Part shown: positions 17,922 through 25,432 of the stretch, one piece after another | Numbering within the stretch: position 1 is the first letter of the stretch | Layout: every line of letters starts with the position of its first letter | Virus record (IMG/VR): IMGVR_UViG_3300044640_001991 | Span: 1 to 25,432 of that record | Source of the DNA: a virus | Lineage: Duplodnaviria; Caudoviricetes | Direction: 5' to 3' (one strand) | Length of the DNA stretch: 25,432 bases | Notes under the pieces: generated by a model | Databases searched by the model: none | Told to the model about the DNA's origin: nothing | What the model saw: only the letters and a program-made list of their open reading frames with translations | Made by a program: the position numbers and the translations under genes

Positions 17922-20900
17922 CTAATGAGTATTTTGTTTTAAACCTATCTAATGCCGATTCACCTTTAACAACCCCAAAATAGAATTGATATGGTGCTCC
18001 CACTAAAAATCTATTTGAAGTTTGTGGTGTTGAGGTATATCGACCACCCACAGTTGGGTAACTTACAACATTCCCATCTACACTATATATGTACCCTCTC
18101 GCGGTTAAATCATTCGCTACGGACGTTCCATTTAAATAATATTTAGTATCTGTTGTTGACCTATCTAAAGATTGATACTTACTTTGAATAATATCCTGAC
18201 TATTTGTTGCCCATGTGTTATTTTGATTTCCAAATATTGTTGATGAACCCGACGCTAGTCTCCATTGATAGAACGGAACTAATTGCGATTTAATACCATA
18301 TGGATATGGGTAATACCCGACGTTGTCGGTTCCTCTAAAATTAATTCTTCCTGGTGTTAAATAATCTTTGGTTTGAAGGTCTTCTGTTGTAGATGAAAAC
18401 CACACAGCCATAATCGGGTCACTAGGAGTTCCTAATATTGTTGTCGGGTTAATTGCCCCAGGAAAAATTTCATAAAATTCAGGTGAAAAATTAACATTCC
18501 CTATTTCAGAATTTATCGATAATAATTGAGCCAAGTCACCATCGATTCTTTTTTGTGGTCGGCTAAATAATTGGTCTATACCATTATCACCTGCAGGGAT
18601 TAATTGTTTTAAAAAACTATCATCAGTAATTCTTGAAATAACAAATAAATTAATTAAATCTGAAGTGTCCCCATAACTAGTTGGATTAATATTTGGTAGA
18701 ACATATCCTTTTGTTGATGGGTCAAAGGTTATTTCAGAATAAAAATAATCTTTCATCCCTAAATTAATAATTGTTGTTGGGTATAAAAGATTCGAGGCAT
18801 TTACACTTCCCGTGTCCGTTGCTCTTTTGCCAACAAATTTATTTGACGTGTCATTCCAAGGACTACTTCTATAATAGAAGTTATTACTATCCATATTGAA
18901 GTACACTATTTCTCGAGGGAAACTAGGGTACTCTGGTTTATTTTTATTATTATAATATGTGTTAACTTGTATTGGGAATGCGTATAGTGAACCATTAATC
19001 CAATTATTCATAAATGATTGGGATAATACTCCTCGACATAATCCGTAAAAAAATCTAAACCTAAATCCCCATTCTCCAAAATTACGTAAATCTTTAACTA
19101 AGTCAGTTATTGGTCTTCTTAAAAACATATAACACCCACTTTCAACAGCATCTTTAGTAGTACATGATTGGTTAATACCAAAAGTATCTCCAAATCCTTC
19201 GTAACATTCTAACCCAACCATTGCCTCACAATCGAAACTTTCCAAAACTTTAATAGAGTTTGGTAACCCCTCTAAATCTGCAGTTACAGTTTGAGCACCT
19301 GTTTGAAACGCATCAGATGTAATATCTTCCGAGTCTGTATTTATTAGGTAGACATTAAAATTAACGTTTTGTTGTAATAATGATGGATTTAATGTCCAAG
19401 AACCACCATCTAATCCGTCTGACGATGGTAGTCTATCAGTCCTTAGTACGTTCAATTGAGCGTTATCAATTAACATTGATGGGTTGTAACTAAAAAAAGT
19501 TTTTGTTGTATAATAATATCCTAAGTCGTTAACATAATTACTTGCAAAAACAAGACCACTATTATTAACTTTCATAACCGCACTACCAGATAGGTCTTCA
19601 CTGTTATCATATTTAATACTTGAAGAAAATGGACTATAAAATCCATTTGAAGATATCGATACTACTTTAGGTAAAGTAGATAAATCAACGCACGATATGA
19701 ACCCTCCTATAACACCTGAAGTATTAACTTTAACAGAATAGAAAATACCGCCCCAATTCATTTTCCACCAACGATTGTTTCCATCAAACCTACTTGTATA
19801 CCCAAAAAATGAGTCATAATTATTATACATTGTCAACCCAAGTCTTGGCGTGGCATTTGCTGCTACATTTGGTACAAATAAACTATCGGTATTCAGATAT
19901 GGGGCATTACATCCCAAAACATCTGAAGACGCAGAAACCCCACTTCGAGTAATCCTTTTCGCAGAACCTAAAGTACCAGGGTTGTTTGGAGCTACACCAT
20001 CTAATGTTGCCCCTACAGGTAATGGGTTTATACTTGCATCTAACGAACCGTAATATGCCGTATTTGTTGTATTAAATCCTGAAAACGATTGTCCCGCAAT
20101 TGACGATGTTGTGGTTCCAGGTTTAAAGAAATACGATTGATTATACATATCATTTTGATTGTAAGATTGTACCGATATACTACTATTATTTAATTTTTGT
20201 ATTGGTATGTTAACTCTTGTTGCTGCGGTTACAGTCCAATTCGAATCAAATTCACTTGTACCAAATAAATTACCTAACGAATATTCATTAACATATTTTG
20301 GAGAGTATGGGTCAACTCCTCTCTGTAAAACTAATATAAACTGAGAACTTGCTCCTTCAAAATATTCAAAAGCATTAAAATTGATTACGGCATTGTCAAC
20401 CGACCATCCTCCAAAACTTGGTTTAGCTGGTATGTATGTACCAACACTGTTAAGAATATTACCAAAAGATTGTGTCGTACCTGTATTCCATATTTTGGCG
20501 GCGTCCGATACTGTTATCGCAGTAATAACTTGGTAATACTCAACATCCGCAGGGAATCTATAATTAGTTTCAGATGAACCATAAGGTAAGTTATATCTAA
20601 CAGGTGTTACAATATTTGATACTTGTGTTGTTGCATAAGATACGTCTATTGTTGTTGCTCCACTACCATTATAAGTTTCACCACTAATACCCGTAATAAT
20701 ACCGTCGGCAGTTGATGCACTGTAAAGATAATTTGTATCTGTAGTTCCAGTTATATTAATAAAAGTTAATAAATCTCCCGCAGCAAATTGCTCCTGCGAT
20801 AACACCGTTATGGTATTATCATAATGATGTTTTCCAAAATTGGAATCTTTTGCGAATGTTACTTTAATTTTATTAATATTTGAAAAATAACTTTCTCTTA

Positions 20901-23001
20901 AATTAAAAATATTAATTCTTTCACCAATAGGTAAATCATATGATGCAACAAATCTACCTCCTCCAATGTTTAATTGTTGTGAAAGAGGTAACTTATATCT
21001 TGATGGGTCTCCAATATTAGAAGTTAACCCAAGTCCTGCTATCGCTTCACTAAACATGATGGACCAATCCTCACCATTTTCTGTATCTCCTGAGAAATAA
21101 CTAGATGCTAATCCATCGTAATAAAGGTCTGAAGATGAAAGATAAGATAAAACACCTGCACCATCTACACCTGAAGTTGCTTGGTTATTTGAACTATCTT
21201 TAAGGGTTTGTTTACAATCACAAGCCTGACAATCAGGATAAGTAATCATTGGTAACCTTATTGTATAATCTTTTTTAGTACAATACTTTCTCCATTTTTT
21301 AAATGGGTACCAAGAAAAAACTCTTTTCACTCTAATACCAACATAGGAAAGCCAACATAAAAAGTCTAAAACTAAATTATATAAAAATAATAAAATATGC
21401 CCAATAGTTAATAAGATTAACGCTACTGGTTGTATTACCGTCATTAAAATTGAGAAGAGGAAAAATAAAAAATCAAAGTTTCTAAACCCGTCATTAACAG
21501 GAAATTTGTTAACACTATCTTCACAATCTTGGTCATCAATTTCTTTAATACCAATAAACCTACCTGGCGCGGACCCAATAATATTTCTACCACTTTTGTA
21601 TTGGTCAATCAAAGAAGACACCGTATAAACTTTATTGAATTGAAATTCGTAGAATGTATCTTCGCAATCGATAATCTCATTAAGTCTCTCTATTTTTTTC
21701 TGTCCAATAAATCCATCAGTATAACCACTCCAAGCCAATCCAAAATAATAAGAACTCTGTTGTTGTTTAGAATTATTTGTTGTTGGAATACTTCTAGTTG
21801 ACGGGTCTGATGATGATGTTGTCCATCCGTATTCTTTAACGTTTGGAACTAAATAATAAGCTCTTCTTGTTTGTAAAGTTAAATCATTTGGTTGAGTCCA
21901 TTTGACCTTAAAACGGTACTTGGCCTTTGTTGGAACTCCAACAGTTGGGTCATTTGACAATACTTTTTCACCAAATTCATTAGTTATAAAATAATCTAAG
22001 TTCATTGGTAATTCTATTAACCATGTTCCTGAACCATCAATAACATTTCCTGATTGTTCTAACTCATATTGTTCTAAAACAGGGTTACCATCTATATCTT
22101 GTTGTATTGTTTGTCTTAACGCTAATATTTGACCTGGTGATGTTGTTAAACCGCATAGGTTACCCATGTTATCTTTTGGTCTTCCATTATTCCTTACTCT
22201 TAGAGTGTCAGGTGAAGAAAACATACATCCCATAAACACCGATGTCGGTTGTATATCAACATTGGCATCATCTCTTAAATCAAAATCTAATCGATTTATT
22301 GCAATTTGACAAAGTGACGCATCACCCCATAATGGAGAAACTTCAACGTTCTTAACTAAATTAACTATTTGTGGTAATGAATTTAAATCTGTTGAAGTTC
22401 TAAATTTAGAACCCGCAACTTGTGCTTCGGTTGCCAACCCCATTCTAATTAAATCCTGAGGTGTTAGTGAGAACTCTCCAATATCGGATAAGTCAACATC
22501 CATAACAATCGCTTGGTCCCCTAACGGAACCCCCATTATCATGTAATCCCCACTTTCGTTTGTTTTGGCAGTATACTTGTAATACGTGTCATATATTTCA
22601 ACTGCAGTTATCCCCGTAAGAGAATCCGCTCTTGTTGGTAGTGTACCTGTCGCTGAGTGCTTTGAATATGATTTTTCGTAAGGTAAAAGATTGTATCGAT
22701 ATCCGTCTTCATTTTTATCTGAAGGAGATTCATAAGGATAGATACTTGATATTAAAGGATTAGATTCGTCAACATTGGTTATTGGGACGAATACCGCAAC
22801 TCTCGCATTAGGTATACCCAACCCATTATTGGCGGTAACTCTACCAACAATAACACCATAGTCCGCACAACTTCTTGTGTAGATATCCGCTTGTTGTATT
22901 TTTAACGATAAGATTTCTAAGAATTCAAACTCTTGGTCTAATTGGACGTTGATTGTCTTATTAGACCCGAGTTCGGTTTTTATCCTATATGATTGACCCA
23001 T
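17914..23001 (-). CDS. Large baseplate-associated protein (1695 aa) with an N-terminal carboxypeptidase-regulatory/prealbumin-like fold and an internal hydrophobic segment
   Basis: GVIVGRVTANNGLGIPNARVAVF...AKTNESGDYMIMGVPLG matches that fold's pattern. A 48-aa hydrophobic stretch is followed by a basic patch and CQACDC. Confidence 0.75.
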   Translation of the reverse strand: MGQSYRIKTELGSNKTINVQLDQEFEFLEILSLKIQQADIYTRSCADYGVIVGRVTANNGLGIPNARVAVFVPITNVDESNPLISSIYPYESPSDKNEDGYRYNLLPYEKSYSKHSATGTLPTRADSLTGITAVEIYDTYYKYTAKTNESGDYMIMGVPLGDQAIVMDVDLSDIGEFSLTPQDLIRMGLATEAQVAGSKFRTSTDLNSLPQIVNLVKNVEVSPLWGDASLCQIAINRLDFDLRDDANVDIQPTSVFMGCMFSSPDTLRVRNNGRPKDNMGNLCGLTTSPGQILALRQTIQQDIDGNPVLEQYELEQSGNVIDGSGTWLIELPMNLDYFITNEFGEKVLSNDPTVGVPTKAKYRFKVKWTQPNDLTLQTRRAYYLVPNVKEYGWTTSSSDPSTRSIPTTNNSKQQQSSYYFGLAWSGYTDGFIGQKKIERLNEIIDCEDTFYEFQFNKVYTVSSLIDQYKSGRNIIGSAPGRFIGIKEIDDQDCEDSVNKFPVNDGFRNFDFLFFLFSILMTVIQPVALILLTIGHILLFLYNLVLDFLCWLSYVGIRVKRVFSWYPFKKWRKYCTKKDYTIRLPMITYPDCQACDCKQTLKDSSNNQATSGVDGAGVLSYLSSSDLYYDGLASSYFSGDTENGEDWSIMFSEAIAGLGLTSNIGDPSRYKLPLSQQLNIGGGRFVASYDLPIGERINIFNLRESYFSNINKIKVTFAKDSNFGKHHYDNTITVLSQEQFAAGDLLTFINITGTTDTNYLYSASTADGIITGISGETYNGSGATTIDVSYATTQVSNIVTPVRYNLPYGSSETNYRFPADVEYYQVITAITVSDAAKIWNTGTTQSFGNILNSVGTYIPAKPSFGGWSVDNAVINFNAFEYFEGASSQFILVLQRGVDPYSPKYVNEYSLGNLFGTSEFDSNWTVTAATRVNIPIQKLNNSSISVQSYNQNDMYNQSYFFKPGTTTSSIAGQSFSGFNTTNTAYYGSLDASINPLPVGATLDGVAPNNPGTLGSAKRITRSGVSASSDVLGCNAPYLNTDSLFVPNVAANATPRLGLTMYNNYDSFFGYTSRFDGNNRWWKMNWGGIFYSVKVNTSGVIGGFISCVDLSTLPKVVSISSNGFYSPFSSSIKYDNSEDLSGSAVMKVNNSGLVFASNYVNDLGYYYTTKTFFSYNPSMLIDNAQLNVLRTDRLPSSDGLDGGSWTLNPSLLQQNVNFNVYLINTDSEDITSDAFQTGAQTVTADLEGLPNSIKVLESFDCEAMVGLECYEGFGDTFGINQSCTTKDAVESGCYMFLRRPITDLVKDLRNFGEWGFRFRFFYGLCRGVLSQSFMNNWINGSLYAFPIQVNTYYNNKNKPEYPSFPREIVYFNMDSNNFYYRSSPWNDTSNKFVGKRATDTGSVNASNLLYPTTIINLGMKDYFYSEITFDPSTKGYVLPNINPTSYGDTSDLINLFVISRITDDSFLKQLIPAGDNGIDQLFSRPQKRIDGDLAQLLSINSEIGNVNFSPEFYEIFPGAINPTTILGTPSDPIMAVWFSSTTEDLQTKDYLTPGRINFRGTDNVGYYPYPYGIKSQLVPFYQWRLASGSSTIFGNQNNTWATNSQDIIQSKYQSLDRSTTDTKYYLNGTSVANDLTARGYIYSVDGNVVSYPTVGGRYTSTPQTSNRFLVGAPYQFYFGVVKGESALDRFKTKYSLDE

Positions 23002-23009
23002 GTATTACC

Positions 23010-23029
23010 TTTAATTTATAAATAGTTTA
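23010..23029 (-). promoter_or_regulatory. 20-bp upstream element TAAACTATTTATAAATTAAA, candidate late promoter
   Basis: Identical to 14297-14316. Ends 8 nt before the ATG at 23001. Confidence 0.65.
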
Positions 23030-23096
23030 TGTGTTATTTTTAAAGTACTAACACACTCTTTTTAATAATAAACTAAACGTAACGAGAATAAACCTA

Positions 23097-24935
23097 TTAA
23101 GAGAAGGTAACTGATTGGAAATTTTTAACCGAAACTCTAATATCTTTGTTTGGATAACGGATTTGGTAAACTTGTGAAGGTTGAGCAAACACCGTATCAT
23201 CCACAGGTAATATTTCTTTAGTTTCAGGGTCGGAATACTCCATAGATGTTTCAGCCGAAGAATATTGCCCCCCAACTTTATTGTAAACATTCATTCCTGC
23301 AACAGTGATTACACCATTTTGATTTTGAACAATACTTCTAAGTTCAGATAGGTATACGTTTTGCCCTAACTGTCTTACTTGAGGATTAAAATACGCTGAT
23401 ATTTTGTCAACCACATCAGCAATAACTTGTCCTGAATTCTGAGCAGCATCTAATACAATCTGAACATCAACACTAAGGTCAATAACTTCAGCGGTTAAGA
23501 TAGAAATGTAGTCATTTATCATTCGATAGTTTGATAGATAAGTTGCCACATTCTGTCTTAAAGTATCAGAAACAATATTGGTTAATTTACCTGAAGTATC
23601 GTATGATAGTAATTGAATTAATATTTTGTTGTTATTTTCTGTAATTGAAACTTTGGCAGGTGCTCCGAATTCCGCTGGCATGTTTCTAATAAGAGCCTCA
23701 TAATCTTGGACTGTCACTGCTCTTTTTTGAGCGGAGAAGTTAAACGATACATAGTTTCTTATTTCTTCTAATGATGGAAGTCCTGCTCCACCAATTGCCG
23801 CGGTTACGTTAGTACATCTTAACGAGTTAACTACTGAAGAGTTTGTTAACTCTGAAGGACCATTAACGTAGAATGAAACAGTGCCTATTTGATTAATAAC
23901 ATTCGTTCCTAAGTTTGATGCCAATCCCCCACCAACTCTATATTGTATGAATAGTGTTGAGTTTGGAACTAATGCCGAACCTAAAGAGAAGTTGTTTGTA
24001 TATCTTTGTAAATCTAATGTTGTCCCTACTGTTGTAAATTGGTCTAAAGCATCTTGAGCGGTATTGGTACCACCACCGAAAGTCATTTTCTTAAATCCTT
24101 CAGGTGTGTATTCGCTAATAAATCTGTTTTGTGTTTGAATGTATCTTCCTACTTTAATACCAGGTTGGTCAGATACTTTTGTAGGGTCTTCAACAAAAAC
24201 TCTATCTTCGGCTAATGCGTCTACCTCGTACCATCTATTAGATGCTCCGATAAACTCAGCACTTGTTGGTATATTACTATACTCGGTACCACTCTTAAGT
24301 AATACACTTGTAATACCTAATACATTTTTTTCAGGTAAGAATAATTCAAAGAATGGTCTAACGTCATTTGGACTAACTACTTTTTTGAATACTTTAGTTA
24401 TACCATTAACAACTAACTCTCTTTTGGTGATAGTATAGTTAATTAATACGTTGTTGGAGTTGAAATTTGGAATCTTTAATCTGTTCGGAAACCCTTGAGC
24501 ATTATATGGTGATGTAAAATCAATATCATAGATATTCTCAAATACAATACCCGCCCCTGTTACTTGAGACCCTCTTGTTAGAGTTCCTAAGTATCTTTCA
24601 TCTTCTTTATCACCGAACGCAGGAACTGTGATTGAGAAGTCAACAAGAGCAACTGAAGGTCTTTGACCTGGCAATTTTAAACCGTAGGTTCTTGCAATGT
24701 TATATATTGAAGACCTTTGTTGTGCGTATTGAAGTACCGTTTCTTGAATACTTCTATCAATATGATAATGTAGGTTATCGGCAACGGCTGCGTTTAAATC
24801 TAAGAATACTGAGAATACCGAAGCATCATTAAAATCTTGAATTAATTCAGGATAGTATGTTTTGCAATAGTTAAGTAACTCAGTTCTTATTCCCTGATAA
24901 TCTCTGGTTGTATATGATATTTTACGATTCGCCAT
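23097..24935 (-). CDS. Baseplate wedge subunit, T4 gp6 / baseplate J-like (612 aa)
   Basis: N-terminal YTTRDYQGIRTELLNY...LDLNAAVADNLHYHID...ETVLQYAQQRSSIYNIARTYG, plus IQYRVGGG and AQKRAVTVQDY, are typical gp6/J motifs. Follows the gp25-like gene. Confidence 0.9.
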   Translation of the reverse strand: MANRKISYTTRDYQGIRTELLNYCKTYYPELIQDFNDASVFSVFLDLNAAVADNLHYHIDRSIQETVLQYAQQRSSIYNIARTYGLKLPGQRPSVALVDFSITVPAFGDKEDERYLGTLTRGSQVTGAGIVFENIYDIDFTSPYNAQGFPNRLKIPNFNSNNVLINYTITKRELVVNGITKVFKKVVSPNDVRPFFELFLPEKNVLGITSVLLKSGTEYSNIPTSAEFIGASNRWYEVDALAEDRVFVEDPTKVSDQPGIKVGRYIQTQNRFISEYTPEGFKKMTFGGGTNTAQDALDQFTTVGTTLDLQRYTNNFSLGSALVPNSTLFIQYRVGGGLASNLGTNVINQIGTVSFYVNGPSELTNSSVVNSLRCTNVTAAIGGAGLPSLEEIRNYVSFNFSAQKRAVTVQDYEALIRNMPAEFGAPAKVSITENNNKILIQLLSYDTSGKLTNIVSDTLRQNVATYLSNYRMINDYISILTAEVIDLSVDVQIVLDAAQNSGQVIADVVDKISAYFNPQVRQLGQNVYLSELRSIVQNQNGVITVAGMNVYNKVGGQYSSAETSMEYSDPETKEILPVDDTVFAQPSQVYQIRYPNKDIRVSVKNFQSVTFS

Positions 24936-24940
24936 CTATA

Positions 24941-25411
24941 TTAAATATTGATAATTACAAAATCACTCTGAGCAAACGTATTTGATTCTACTGAGTAATC
25001 GATTTTAATTTTTGCAGTATATTCTGATGTCCCTTTACCTGGAAATCTATATACTGGTGATTCGCTACTTCCTACGATGTTTTGTCCTTCCGCGATATCA
25101 ACCTCTTCCATTGGGTCTGCAGGTGTGATTGAGATATTATTTAATAATAAATTTGGCATGTATCTCGAAACAGCTTCTCTGATGTCAGATTGAATCGCAT
25201 CAAACGTAAGTCCGTCAAAAGGTTCAAATAAAAATTCATATAGTCTTGTTCCAAAATCAGGTAAGTAATATCTTGTACCTTTTCTTGTTAACAATAAATG
25301 AACTAAATCCGCTTTAATCTGTTGAGCTTCAAGCTCTGTTAATTGTAAATAATCTCCTCTTTTAGAATCTCTAAAAGGAAAATTAATACCATATGTAGTT
25401 CCATCTGCCAT
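24941..25411 (-). CDS. Baseplate wedge subunit, gp25/GPW-like sheath initiator (156 aa)
   Basis: GINFPF...QIKADLVHLLLTRKGTRYYLPDFGTRLYEFLFEP...IREAVSRYMP is the gp25-family signature (L.T..GER...P.FG). Confidence 0.92.
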   Translation of the reverse strand: MADGTTYGINFPFRDSKRGDYLQLTELEAQQIKADLVHLLLTRKGTRYYLPDFGTRLYEFLFEPFDGLTFDAIQSDIREAVSRYMPNLLLNNISITPADPMEEVDIAEGQNIVGSSESPVYRFPGKGTSEYTAKIKIDYSVESNTFAQSDFVIINI

Positions 25412-25414
25412 AAC

Positions 25415-25422
25415 TATAAATA
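25415..25422 (-). promoter_or_regulatory. TATTTATA motif, candidate late-promoter element
   Basis: Minus strand reads TA-TATTTATA-GTT-ATG, 3 nt before the gp25 start. Confidence 0.5.
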
Positions 25423-25432
25423 TAATACCCTC

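Noticed and set aside
8414-24832. Remaining small nested ORFs (for example 8414, 9273, 13387, 16759, 17510, 19850, 21529, 23048, 24139, 24632)
   Set aside because: They lie wholly or largely within long, well-supported genes and have no motif or start-context support.
23097-25411. Bacterial eCIS/T6SS/tailocin locus instead of a phage
   Set aside because: Not fully excluded. However, the long T4 gp6-type wedge protein, fibre-like genes and late-promoter-like motif fit a large phage better, and no Tss/Afp-specific genes were recognised.
1-25432. Stop-codon reassignment as in some jumbo phages
   Set aside because: Code 11 gives near-complete coding density, and TAA, TAG (7901) and TGA (8257) all end genes at sensible boundaries.

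Overview
AT-rich window holding one tightly packed, all minus-strand structural operon, most consistent with the baseplate and appendage region of a large contractile-tailed (T4-like or jumbo) phage. The host is probably Bacteroidota: there are SprB-type repeats, a Bacteroidota-type 'PRLT..QR..LIVYQTD' motif and no clear Shine-Dalgarno sites. In transcription order (right to left) the genes are: gp25-like wedge protein; gp6/baseplate-J-like wedge protein; a 1695-aa protein with an internal hydrophobic segment; four uncharacterised proteins (563, about 273, 362 [PKD-like] and 302 aa); a gp7/P2-gpI-like wedge protein (995 aa); a 7-module SprB-like protein; a small Cys-repeat protein; a mucin-like Pro/Thr protein; and two very long Gly-Thr-Ser repeat proteins. 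The second of these is missing from the ORF track and runs off the left edge. The most notable signals are an uninterrupted, proline-free run of 308 Gly-X-Y triplets; a [ST]-[GA]-x-T tetrapeptide scattered through the accessory proteins but nearly absent from gp25/gp6, possibly a modification sequon; a C-terminal domain shared by the gp7-like and SprB-like proteins; and a TATTTAT upstream motif with two identical 20-bp copies. All product calls come from motif recognition by eye, and all counts are hand counts.
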